In this document: one piece after another, positions 38,569-47,761 of the stretch | How the letters are laid out: each line of letters starts with the position of its first letter | How positions within the stretch are numbered: the stretch's first letter is position 1 | Source: Chloroflexota bacterium | Lineage (GTDB): Bacteria > Chloroflexota > Anaerolineae > UBA7937 > B3-Chlor | Assembly: GCA_030613785.1 (NCBI GenBank) | Contig: JAUWLF010000007.1 | Span: 4,191-68,190, forward strand | Length of the DNA stretch: 64,000 nt | Direction of reading: 5' to 3' | The notes under the pieces: generated by a model | Seen by the model: only the letters and a program-made list of their open reading frames with translations | What the model was told of the DNA's origin: nothing | The model's database searches: none | Program-made: the position numbers and the translations under genes

Positions 38569-39627
38569 ATGGTGGGCCAAGAGACGGTGGATCGCCTGCT
38601 GGCAATGGATGTGGGAGCGGGGACGCAGGATATTCTGCTGTACGAGAGCGACAAGCCGCTGGAGAACTGTGTCAAGTTGGTGCTCCCCTCTAGGACCAGT
38701 ATTGTGGCGGGCAGGATCCAGAAGGCCACGCGGCGAGGGAAAGACGTTTTTCTCACCGGCAACTTGATGGGAGGTGGACCTAGTGTCAGTGCCATCAAGA
38801 AGCACTTGAAGGTAGGTCTAAGGGTTCTCGCCACTCCGCGAGCGGCAAAGACCATCCGTGACGATCCTGTTGAGGTTGTGGAAATGGGGGTGGAGATCGT
38901 GGATCAACCTCCTCGGAGTGGGGTGGTCATCGTGGAGACTTGTGACGTGGACCTGTCCGCCCTGCGCCAGGCATTGGCCTTGTTCGACGTGCAACTGCCT
39001 GCGCTATACGCCATCGCGGTGCAGGATCACGGGGAGGTGATAGGGGGAGGGAGCAACCGCGAATTCCGGTTTCGACACTGGGAGAGGTTCGTTGAGGCCG
39101 GTGGCAGCATCAACGCCTTGGCTTACCAGGTAGTGCCTGACTACATGACTCGAATGAAGGCGGTGCAGCGCGATGTGCCGGGCGCTGTTATGATGGATAC
39201 CGGCTCGGCGGCTATCTGGGGGGCTCTATGCGACCGGCAGGCGGCGGCCCATCAGGAGCAGGGACTGGTTGTGGTCAATGTGGGCAACCAGCATGTCGTA
39301 GGAGTTCTGTTGCAGGGGGAGAGGATCTGGGGACTGTTTGAACATCACACGGTGTTGATGGATACAGCAAAGCTGGATGATCATGTGCAGCGTCTGAAGT
39401 CGGGGGCGCTGACCAACGCAGAGGTCTTCTCTGACAACGGCCATGGGGCAGCCATTCACCCTGACTATTCGACCCTCAATCCCTTTGGGTTCGTGGCCGT
39501 TACCGGGCCCAATCGTGGCATGGCTGAGCCTCTTGGCTATCACATGGCTGCACCATACGGTGACATGATGCTGACCGGTGCCTTCGGCCTGGTTGCCGCA
39601 ACTCGACGCCTCCTTGAAGGCGCGTAG
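38569..39627 (+). CDS. DUF1786 family protein
   Basis: DVGAGTQDILL, MGGGP, AVQDHG, MDTG, FEHHT and PYGDMMLTG motifs. Confidence 0.8.
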   Translation: MVGQETVDRLLAMDVGAGTQDILLYESDKPLENCVKLVLPSRTSIVAGRIQKATRRGKDVFLTGNLMGGGPSVSAIKKHLKVGLRVLATPRAAKTIRDDPVEVVEMGVEIVDQPPRSGVVIVETCDVDLSALRQALALFDVQLPALYAIAVQDHGEVIGGGSNREFRFRHWERFVEAGGSINALAYQVVPDYMTRMKAVQRDVPGAVMMDTGSAAIWGALCDRQAAAHQEQGLVVVNVGNQHVVGVLLQGERIWGLFEHHTVLMDTAKLDDHVQRLKSGALTNAEVFSDNGHGAAIHPDYSTLNPFGFVAVTGPNRGMAEPLGYHMAAPYGDMMLTGAFGLVAATRRLLEGA

Positions 39628-39683
39628 GCAAGAGGAGATCAGGGGCTCAACTGGAACAGCGGAAGATGCCGACGGCCCAGTGC

Positions 39684-39878
39684 CTAGAGGACAGAGGCTA
39701 GCAAGGGAGCCAAGAACGCCTCGGGCGTGACTGTGGGAAAGGGAGTCGGCGTGGGTGGAGAAGGTGGCGGCAGCATGGTGATCAGAGCTCCTATGGCCAT
39801 ACTGACCACCACCAAGATGCTCAGGATCAAGAAGATGATCTGACTGGTCTTGCGCTTTCGCGGACGTTTTCGAGCCAA
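39684..39878 (-). CDS. Small single-pass membrane protein with Pro/Thr-rich tail
   Basis: TTG start with GGAGG SD; basic N-terminus, hydrophobic helix, PPPSPPTPTP. Confidence 0.6.
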   Translation of the reverse strand: MARKRPRKRKTSQIIFLILSILVVVSMAIGALITMLPPPSPPTPTPFPTVTPEAFLAPLLASVL

Positions 39879-39969
39879 GTGCTTCCTCCCACTGTCTAAC
39901 TGGCATCTTATTATACGAGAGTTCCGCTGCCATCGCAAGGTCAGGGAGCGAGCCCGGTCTAGTCTGCAC

Positions 39970-39998
39970 TTGACATTGGTCTATAACGGTGATATTCT
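39970..39998 (+). promoter_or_regulatory. sigma70 promoter for the GAF kinase-gdh-regulator unit
   Basis: TTGACA-17-TATTCT with extended TG. Confidence 0.6.
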
Positions 39999-40059
39999 TA
40001 ATTGTTCGTGTGACGAGTTCCAGGCCCACCGAGAGGATACGTCAGGGGGTTGTACGGCC

Positions 40060-42390
40060 ATGTCCGCCGGAACGGCTGACGTCAAAGAACACGATGCGGG
40101 GATTTCCCAGCGTGAACTCACCGTCCTCGACGCGGTTTGCGCGCTAGCAGGAGAGTCACTGGAGCTGGAAGAGGTACTCAGCCTTGCCCTGGACAAGGTA
40201 TCGGAGATCGTGGGGGTTGGGCTAGCCTGCATCCACCTGGTTGATGAGGAAACTGGAGAATTGAAGCCCACGGCGCTCAGCAGGGCAGGCGAGGATTCCC
40301 TTGGACAAGCGAGCGTAACCCGGATGGTTGGAGGTCTCGCTCAACGTGTAACAGAGACAGGACACTTGTTAGTCGTTGAGGATATCTCGTCGGCTCCAGA
40401 CCGCTCAAGCCCCATCACCCAGGAAGAACCGCGTAGCTACGCCGGGGTGCCCCTCAAATGGAGGGGGAGGGTGCTAGGCGTGATCAGCGTGATCAGTCCT
40501 CAATCCCATCGATTCGCTCCAGCCCATCTAGGCTTCCTCACGACCATGGCTAGTCAGCTCGGCGGAGTCGTCGAGAATGCATTGCTCCGTGAGGAGCTTG
40601 GCAGTTCTCAGTTCCGGCTGCGAGAGCGGGTCAAGGAACTTAGCATTCTGTATGACGTCAGTCGGGAGGCTCTGGGTGCGCCGGATGTCAATTCGTTCCT
40701 GTCTCTTGTGGCACGACGATTGCCAGCCTCGATGCAGTATCAGCAAGCAGTGGCGGTCATCTTCTGCACGGCCGGCGGGAGTGGACACCTGGCTTGGTCA
40801 GACAATGTTGATGAAGCCATCGCCCAGCAGGTTCGCATTGTGCCCGGTGAGAAAACACTGGGGAGGCTTCTGGTTGACAGGGGGGTAGTCTTGGAGTACG
40901 AGATCTCCAGACTAGACGCCTTCTGGGCAGACTGCGATGTGAAATCCGTTCTCGCGGTTCCTGTGGCCGTCAATGGGCACACGGTGGGCTCGATCGGCGT
41001 GTACTATCTGAGCGACAAGTGGCGCTTCCTGGAGGAAGAGGAGTACCTTCTTCGTGGCATCTCCGAGCAGGTCTCACAGTTCATCGCCAGAGATGCAATC
41101 GAGCGGGAGAACCGCCGCCGCGCTCAAGAGATATCGACTCTCCTCGAAGCGTCCAAAGTTCTGGCTTCGGTGGTGAAGTTGGGGGACTTGCTACCTGCCA
41201 TCGAAGACACTCTGATGGAGACGCTGCAGCCAGCCGATGCGGGGGCTCTTCTGCTTTTCGATGAGGGGACTGGGATGCTCACGGTAGAATCCGCCTTTGG
41301 CTACGATATGAATGCCTTGCGCAGCACAAGCCTCCGGGTTGGCGAGTCTATGTCCGGCAAAGTCTTCGAGTCTGGGAAGGCCGAAGTGTGGGCCACGGCG
41401 GAGGAGTCGGCTTCTGCCATGGACAACATGACATCCCATAACCGGAGATACTTTGTGCAGGCATCTGGGGGGTTGGATCATCCAAGAAGCGCCATCGGAG
41501 TTCCGTTGGTCTATCGCGATGAGAAGATAGGCGTGCTCGCCTTGGAGGCGTTGCGAAGTGAGGTAGGATTCTCAATCTCACACCTCCCGTTCCTCCAGGC
41601 GTTGGCGGAACTGATAGTCATCAACGTGAGTCAGATTCAACTGCTGCAACAGACGGGGCAGACCAGGGCTGCCGAGGAAGCAGACCGTTTGAAGTCGGAA
41701 CTGATCGCGGCTCTAGCTCATGAAATGCGCACCCCGCTGACCTCGATACAGGGTTACACGTCCGCTCTGCTGCTGGAGGATGTGGAGTGGGATGAGGAGA
41801 CCAGGGCGAGGCATTTGCAGATCATCGACGAAGAAGCCAGGGAACTGCAAGAGATGATACAGGATTTGCTGGAATCCTCGATCATCGACGCGGGCTTGTT
41901 GTTGATAGAGAAAGAACCCACGCTGATCCCGCGCGTGGTAGAGGGACTTGTCAAAGAGATGACTCGTCGCACTGCAAGGCATCGTTTTGTGATTAGCTTC
42001 CCCTCCGACTTCCCGATAGTGGATGCCGACCCTCGTCGTCTCGAACAGGTGATGCGCAACCTGCTGGACAACGCGGTGAAGTATTCACCGGATGGCGGGC
42101 TCGTCGTGGTCAGGGGCCAGGTTGCTGGTGGCGAGGTGATCGTGAGTGTGGCCGACAACGGTATGGGCATCGCCCCTGAACACCTGAACAGGCTGTTCGA
42201 GAAGTTCTTCCGGGTGAAGTCGCCGCTGGGTGACCAAGTGAGAGGGTCAGGTCTGGGACTGCCCGTGTCGCGCACCATTGTGGAGAGCCACGGAGGAAGG
42301 ATTTGGGCCGAGAGCGAGCTGGGGAAGGGAACCACCATCTACTTCTCCTTGCCTGGCGAAGGATCGTACGTGGAAAGAGATCAAGATTGA
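40060..42390 (+). CDS. Multi-GAF cytoplasmic sensor histidine kinase
   Basis: Three GAF-like segments, [22 protein letters not shown] and GSGLGL. Confidence 0.92.
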   Translation: MSAGTADVKEHDAGISQRELTVLDAVCALAGESLELEEVLSLALDKVSEIVGVGLACIHLVDEETGELKPTALSRAGEDSLGQASVTRMVGGLAQRVTETGHLLVVEDISSAPDRSSPITQEEPRSYAGVPLKWRGRVLGVISVISPQSHRFAPAHLGFLTTMASQLGGVVENALLREELGSSQFRLRERVKELSILYDVSREALGAPDVNSFLSLVARRLPASMQYQQAVAVIFCTAGGSGHLAWSDNVDEAIAQQVRIVPGEKTLGRLLVDRGVVLEYEISRLDAFWADCDVKSVLAVPVAVNGHTVGSIGVYYLSDKWRFLEEEEYLLRGISEQVSQFIARDAIERENRRRAQEISTLLEASKVLASVVKLGDLLPAIEDTLMETLQPADAGALLLFDEGTGMLTVESAFGYDMNALRSTSLRVGESMSGKVFESGKAEVWATAEESASAMDNMTSHNRRYFVQASGGLDHPRSAIGVPLVYRDEKIGVLALEALRSEVGFSISHLPFLQALAELIVINVSQIQLLQQTGQTRAAEEADRLKSELIAALAHEMRTPLTSIQGYTSALLLEDVEWDEETRARHLQIIDEEARELQEMIQDLLESSIIDAGLLLIEKEPTLIPRVVEGLVKEMTRRTARHRFVISFPSDFPIVDADPRRLEQVMRNLLDNAVKYSPDGGLVVVRGQVAGGEVIVSVADNGMGIAPEHLNRLFEKFFRVKSPLGDQVRGSGLGLPVSRTIVESHGGRIWAESELGKGTTIYFSLPGEGSYVERDQD

Positions 42391-42443
42391 CCGCTGGTCA
42401 ATTCGGAGAACTATGTAAGGAGAAACGTAAGGAGAAATGGAGA

Positions 42444-43694
42444 ATGTCTGAAGAGCTGAATCCTTTTGAGATCGCACAAAGGCAGCTGGATGAGGCGGCG
42501 GAGCTCCTGAAGCTTGGCCCGGGAATGCACGCCTTCCTACGAGAGCCGATGCGCGAACTGCACGTCAGCCTGCCAGTGAGAATGGACGATGGGTCGGTCA
42601 AGGTGTTCAAGGGCTTTCGAGTTCAATACAATGATGCCCGAGGGCCTGCCAAGGGCGGCCTGCGCTTTCACCCCGACGAGACCATTGACACAGTCCGGGC
42701 TCTCGCTGCGTGGATGACTTGGAAGACGGCGGTGGTGGACATACCCCTGGGCGGCGGTAAGGGTGGTGTCATCTGTAACCCTAAAGAGATGTCTCAGGCG
42801 GAACTCGAGAGAGTGAGTCGAGCGTACATCAGGCAAGTGGGACCGATTCTGGGACCGAAGCGAGACGTGCCGGCGCCAGACGTGTATACCAATCCCCAGA
42901 TCATGGCTTGGATGATGGATGAGTTTTCGGCGATGCAGGGCCATGGTGAACCAGGCGTGATCACCGGAAAGCCTCTTGCCCTCGGAGGATCCGCCGGCAG
43001 GATGGACGCCACCGCGAGGGGAGGCATGTATTGCCTGCGTGAGGCGGCCAAGATTCTGGGAATGGACCTAAAGGGTGCCACTGCTGCCATCCAGGGCTAC
43101 GGCAACGCCGGCTACTATGCCCAGGTTCTGGGCGAGGAACTGCTGGGGTTGAACGTAGTATGTGTCAGCGACTCGAAAGGTGCGATCCTTCGCGAAGATG
43201 GCCTGGAGTGTGAGCAGGTGAAGGCCCAGAAGGACGAGACAGGGACCTGCGTCGGTCTCTCCGATGCTGAGATCATCAGCAACGAGGAGCTATTGGAGTT
43301 GGATGTTGACGTCCTGATCCCTGCCGCGCTGGAGAACGTCATCACAGCCGAGAACGCTGATCGGGTGAAGGCGAAGATCGTGGTCGAACTCGCGAACGGC
43401 CCGACGACTCCCGAGGCCGACGAGATCCTTCACAAGAACGGCGTGTATGTCATCCCGGACTTTTTGTGCAATGCCGGTGGAGTAGTTGTCTCCTACTTCG
43501 AGGGCGTGCAGAACGCCTATAACTACTACTGGGAGCTCGAGGAGGTCCACGACAAGCTCGACAAGAAGATGACGGCGGCCTTCAAGGCTGTTCACCAGAC
43601 GGCTGAGGCCAAGAAGGTTCACAATCGCCTGGCGGCTTACTTGGTCGGAGTCGCGAGGGTAGCTGGGGCCGTCACGCTACGTGGTTGGGTGTGA
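42444..43694 (+). CDS. gdhA: Glu/Leu/Phe/Val dehydrogenase (glutamate dehydrogenase)
   Basis: [33 protein letters not shown] and [11 protein letters not shown]. Confidence 0.93.
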   Translation: MSEELNPFEIAQRQLDEAAELLKLGPGMHAFLREPMRELHVSLPVRMDDGSVKVFKGFRVQYNDARGPAKGGLRFHPDETIDTVRALAAWMTWKTAVVDIPLGGGKGGVICNPKEMSQAELERVSRAYIRQVGPILGPKRDVPAPDVYTNPQIMAWMMDEFSAMQGHGEPGVITGKPLALGGSAGRMDATARGGMYCLREAAKILGMDLKGATAAIQGYGNAGYYAQVLGEELLGLNVVCVSDSKGAILREDGLECEQVKAQKDETGTCVGLSDAEIISNEELLELDVDVLIPAALENVITAENADRVKAKIVVELANGPTTPEADEILHKNGVYVIPDFLCNAGGVVVSYFEGVQNAYNYYWELEEVHDKLDKKMTAAFKAVHQTAEAKKVHNRLAAYLVGVARVAGAVTLRGWV

Positions 43695-43758
43695 GCAACT
43701 CGCCTCATGGTGTAGGCGTTGAACTGGCGAGCATGATTCCAAGCTGACAGGCGGTGGA

Positions 43759-44466
43759 GTGAGGAAGGAAACCATCCTCGTAGTGGATGACGAACCGCGA
43801 CTGGTTAGGCTGGTGCGCGAGGTGCTCACGGCGGTGGGGTACGACGTGCTCAGTGCAGGCGAAGGCAAGGGCGCACTGGAAACCTTGGCCGTCGAGCAAC
43901 CAGATCTCGTGCTGCTGGACATAATGTTGCCTGGTGGCATGGACGGCTACGAGGTATGTAGCCAGGTGAGGGAGTTCTCGGCGGTTCCCATCATCATGTT
44001 GACCGCCAAGACTCGAGAGGTAGACATGCTTCACGGCTTCGATGTCGGCGCTGATGACTACCTGACCAAGCCTTTCAACGCCAAGGAGTTGATCGCCAGG
44101 GTGAAGGCCGTATTGCGTCGCAGCAAACTGCCGGGGAAGGAGGCAATGATCGCCGCCGATCTCACATGTGGCGATCTGGTTATCAGCTTCGCTCGGCGCA
44201 AGGTGAGGGTGCGGGGCCGCGAAACCGCTCTCACGCCCACGGAGTTCAGGTTGCTGCAACAACTGGCGCTCAACACCAACCGCGTCATGCTCCACGAGGA
44301 CCTGCTGACCAAGGTTTGGGGGTCGGAGTACCGTGATGACATTGATTACCTCAGAGCCTACGTGCGCCATCTGCGTCGCAAAATAGAAGAGGACCCCGCA
44401 GAACCCCAGTACATCCTCACCACACCAGGGGTGGGATATATGCTCTGCTGCCCTGAAGGAACCTGA
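43759..44466 (+). CDS. OmpR-family response regulator
   Basis: ILVVDDE, LDIMLP, GADDYLTKPF and winged helix. Confidence 0.94.
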   Translation: MRKETILVVDDEPRLVRLVREVLTAVGYDVLSAGEGKGALETLAVEQPDLVLLDIMLPGGMDGYEVCSQVREFSAVPIIMLTAKTREVDMLHGFDVGADDYLTKPFNAKELIARVKAVLRRSKLPGKEAMIAADLTCGDLVISFARRKVRVRGRETALTPTEFRLLQQLALNTNRVMLHEDLLTKVWGSEYRDDIDYLRAYVRHLRRKIEEDPAEPQYILTTPGVGYMLCCPEGT

Positions 44467-44508
44467 CCGTGGCCTCATAGAAGGCAGAATGGCACCGGAC
44501 CCCACGAG

Positions 44509-44540
44509 AAACCCGTGATTTTGCACGGGTTTTTCATTTT
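44509..44540 (+). terminator. Rho-independent terminator
   Basis: AAACCCGTG-loop-CACGGGTTT followed by a T-run. Confidence 0.75.
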
Positions 44541-44680
44541 CTACCCCCTCGTTTCTATGAGAACGCCATGGTTTCTCTGATAGAATGAAGCTGGCTTGAT
44601 GTGTCAGCTTGTGAGCACTTCACACTGTTCGCCTGATACTCGTGTGGTTGGATAGGGAGTAACTGCAAGGAGGGGTAAAG

Positions 44681-45172
44681 GTGAGTCTCCAACCGGCGGT
44701 TGATGTCAGCGAGATAGAGGATTTGCTGAACGGCAGGAAAGATGGTGAGAACGAATCCCTGATGAGCGTTCTCGAAGACGTCCAGGCTCGGTATCGGTAC
44801 CTACCGAAAGATGCTCTGATTCTGATCAGCGAGAGGATGGGTGTGCCTTTGAGCCAGGCGTACAGCGTGGCCACTTTCTATAACGCCTTCAGCTTGCAGC
44901 CCAAGGGTAGGCACGTCATTAGTGTCTGCCTGGGGACAGCCTGCATTGTGCGGGGGGCCAGAAAGGTCTTGGAGAGAGCCTCCGACAAACTGGGGATACA
45001 GCCAGGTGAAACGACGGAGGATGGCGAGTTCACTCTGGAAACAGTGAATTGCCTGGGGGCGTGCGCGCTCGGACCTGTGGCGGTGGTCGATGGCACCTAC
45101 TATGGGCAGATGAGCGGCCTCGAGGCGGATGCCTTGCTCCGCGAAGTAATGGGTGAGGCTGAGACGCTGTAG
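44681..45172 (+). CDS. NuoE/HydC-like [2Fe-2S] subunit
   Basis: VATFY, VCLGTAC and NCLGACALGP; extended -10 TGaTAGAAT at 44578-44586. Confidence 0.92.
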   Translation: MSLQPAVDVSEIEDLLNGRKDGENESLMSVLEDVQARYRYLPKDALILISERMGVPLSQAYSVATFYNAFSLQPKGRHVISVCLGTACIVRGARKVLERASDKLGIQPGETTEDGEFTLETVNCLGACALGPVAVVDGTYYGQMSGLEADALLREVMGEAETL

Positions 45173-45174
45173 CC

Positions 45175-47028
45175 ATGACGACAGTACGAACTCCAGACGA
45201 ACTGAAGCGTTTCAGAGAGACGCTAGTCGCCAGCAGGGACCCAGACAAGCTTCGCATTTCGGTCTGTTGTGGGACTGGCTGTCGGGTCTATGGGAGTATG
45301 AAGGTAAAGGAGGCGTTTTCAGAGGAGATTAACCGAAGGGGCCTGGACAACAAGATCGATATCATCAGCACCGGGTGTCACGGCTTCTGCGAAAAGGGGC
45401 CTGTGGTCGTTCTCAATCCTAGCGGGATCTTCTATCAACGCGTGGCCGTTGGTGATGTGTCGGACATTCTATCAGAGACCATGCTTGCGGGAACGGTGAT
45501 TGATAGACTGCTGTATGAAGATCCGGGCACGGGGGAGAGGATCGTCCATGAACATGACGTGCCCTTCTATCAGAAACAGCGGCGACTCGTACTGGATTTG
45601 AACGGTGACATCGATCCCACAAACATAGAGGACTATGTTGCCTTCGGTGGGTATTCCGCTTTGAGCAAGGTCGTGCAGGGAATGTCGCCGGAGGAGATCA
45701 TTGAGGAAGTCCGTAAGTCCGGCTTGAGGGGACGGGGGGGTGCAGGGTTTCCAACAGGCCTCAAATGGAAGCTCTGCAGGAAGGCAGAAGGAGACTCAAA
45801 GTACATTATCTGCAACGCGGACGAGGGCGACCCAGGCGCGTACATGGACCGCAGCATCATGGAAGGGAATCCTCATCGAGTGCTCGAGGGAATGATCATT
45901 GGTGCTCGCGCCATCGGTGCTCACGAGGGGTATGTGTACATCCGCAATGAGTACCCGCTGGCTGTTGAGAACCTGAGGATAGCGATAGCCCAAGCAGAAG
46001 CGTGCGGCTTCCTGGGCAAGAACATCCTGGGCTCGGGGTTTGATTGCTCGATCCACATACGACCCGGAAGTGGTGCCTTCGTCTGCGGCGAGGAGACCGC
46101 TCTGATGGCGTCCATCGAGGACAGAGTAGGTGAGCCCAAGCCACGGCCTCCCTATCCGGCGGTGAGCGGTCTGTGGGGCAAGCCGACGAACATCAACAAC
46201 GTGGAGACCTGGGCCAACGTGCCTATCATCATTGAGCGAGGAGGAGATTGGTACTCTCAGATAGGGAGTGCCGACAGCAAGGGAACGAAGATATTCTCCG
46301 TGGTAGGCAATATCAACAACACGGGCTTGGTTGAGGTGCCCATGGGAGCCACCTTGTCAGAGATCGTGTACGACATTGGAGGAGGCATCCCGGGGGGAAA
46401 GGCGTGCAAGGCAGTTCAGCTAGGAGGGCCGTCGGGGGGCTGTATACCCCGAGAGCATTTCGATGTTCCCATTGACTATGAGTCCCTCCAAGAACTGGGC
46501 TCGATTATGGGTTCAGGAGGAATGGTTGTCTGTGATGAAGACACGTGCATGGTGGAGTTCGCCAGGTTCTTCATGAACTTCGTGCAAGAGGAATCTTGCG
46601 GCAAATGTGTCCCCTGCCGTCTGGGGACCAAAGCTATGCTGGACGTGCTAACCAGGATCACCGAGGGAAATGGTCAGGATGGCGACATCGAATACCTGCT
46701 GGAACTGGGAGAGCAGATCAAGGAATCCTCCCTCTGCGGCTTGGGGCAGACAGCGCCAAATCCAGTGCTCTCGACGATAAGGTATTTCCGTGACGAATAC
46801 GAGGCTCACATCCAGGACGCGTGCTGTCCGGCTCACGTGTGTAAGCCTCTGATTCAGTACTCGATAGACGTGGAGGCATGCACCGGCTGTGGCCGATGCC
46901 TTCGCGCGTGTCCAGTGGAGGCCATAAGCGGGGCAAAGAAGGAAACCCACATCATAGATCAGGAGAAATGCATCAAGTGTGGGTCCTGTCTTGAGGTGTG
47001 CAAGTTCGATGCGGTCATGGTGGAGTAG
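45175..47028 (+). CDS. NuoF/HydB-like FMN/NADH subunit with N-terminal [2Fe-2S] and C-terminal 2x[4Fe-4S] (bifurcating type)
   Basis: GRGGAGFPTG, NADEGDPGAYMD, GAFVCGEET, GGPSGG, ESCGKCVPCR and C-terminal ferredoxin. Confidence 0.93.
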   Translation: MTTVRTPDELKRFRETLVASRDPDKLRISVCCGTGCRVYGSMKVKEAFSEEINRRGLDNKIDIISTGCHGFCEKGPVVVLNPSGIFYQRVAVGDVSDILSETMLAGTVIDRLLYEDPGTGERIVHEHDVPFYQKQRRLVLDLNGDIDPTNIEDYVAFGGYSALSKVVQGMSPEEIIEEVRKSGLRGRGGAGFPTGLKWKLCRKAEGDSKYIICNADEGDPGAYMDRSIMEGNPHRVLEGMIIGARAIGAHEGYVYIRNEYPLAVENLRIAIAQAEACGFLGKNILGSGFDCSIHIRPGSGAFVCGEETALMASIEDRVGEPKPRPPYPAVSGLWGKPTNINNVETWANVPIIIERGGDWYSQIGSADSKGTKIFSVVGNINNTGLVEVPMGATLSEIVYDIGGGIPGGKACKAVQLGGPSGGCIPREHFDVPIDYESLQELGSIMGSGGMVVCDEDTCMVEFARFFMNFVQEESCGKCVPCRLGTKAMLDVLTRITEGNGQDGDIEYLLELGEQIKESSLCGLGQTAPNPVLSTIRYFRDEYEAHIQDACCPAHVCKPLIQYSIDVEACTGCGRCLRACPVEAISGAKKETHIIDQEKCIKCGSCLEVCKFDAVMVE

Positions 47029-47042
47029 AGAGGCTGTTGCGC

Positions 47043-47726
47043 ATGATAACCTTGACGATTGACGGTCAGGAGATGGAAGCCCTGGAGGGGTCAACCCTAT
47101 TGGAGGCGGCGCGAGAGAACGGTATTGAGATACCCACGCTGTGCTACCACGAGGCGCTGGAGCCTTACGGTGGGTGTCGGCTCTGTGTGGTCGAGTTAGT
47201 GGGCTCAAAGGGGTCGACGTTGGTTGCTTCCTGCGTGCACCCCGCGGAGGAGGGTGCAGTGGTGAGGACCGATTCGGAGATGGTCCGGAGATCTCGCTGT
47301 ATGACTGTAGAACTGCTGTTGGCTGCCGCGCCCAACGCGAAAGTGATTCAAGACCTGGCGGCCCAGATGGGGGTTGAAGAGCCAAGGGTAAGGCTGGGGG
47401 ATAACGACTGCATCTTGTGTGGCTTGTGCGTGCGAGCCTGCAACGAGATAGTGGGCGCCAACGCCATCAGCTTGGTCAATCGGGGTTTTGTGAAAGAGGT
47501 GAAGCCTCCCTTCGAGATCGGATCCAACGCCTGCATCGGCTGTGCGACCTGTGTGCTTGTTTGCCCGACGGGGGCGATCAAGCTGGACGATGTGCTCACC
47601 AACAGGTCTGTGCATGAGTGGGAGTCGGATTTCGAGGCCAGGGCGTGCAAGATCTGTGGTGACCACTACTTGGCGCCTGAGTCAAGGGAGGACTCTCAAG
47701 CGTTACTCCGTGAGGGAGAAGGCTAG
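47043..47726 (+). CDS. Short NuoG-N-terminus/HoxU/BamI-like Fe-S subunit
   Basis: PTLC...GGCRLCVVE...ASC [2Fe-2S]; CILCGLCVRAC and CIGCATCVLVCP; no catalytic domain. Confidence 0.88.
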   Translation: MITLTIDGQEMEALEGSTLLEAARENGIEIPTLCYHEALEPYGGCRLCVVELVGSKGSTLVASCVHPAEEGAVVRTDSEMVRRSRCMTVELLLAAAPNAKVIQDLAAQMGVEEPRVRLGDNDCILCGLCVRACNEIVGANAISLVNRGFVKEVKPPFEIGSNACIGCATCVLVCPTGAIKLDDVLTNRSVHEWESDFEARACKICGDHYLAPESREDSQALLREGEG

Positions 47727-47761
47727 CGTCAGGCTGCCTTGTTGGGAGAGGAGCGTTCGAA

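Noticed and set aside
37000-44526. Long antisense ORFs such as 37000..37500(+) and 43705..44526(-)
   Set aside because: Shadow frames of well-supported response regulators in a GC-rich genome, with no motifs of their own.
44681-47726. [FeFe]-hydrogenase, formate dehydrogenase or respiratory complex I
   Set aside because: The third subunit is only ~227 aa with no H-cluster or Mo domain, and there are no membrane nuo genes.
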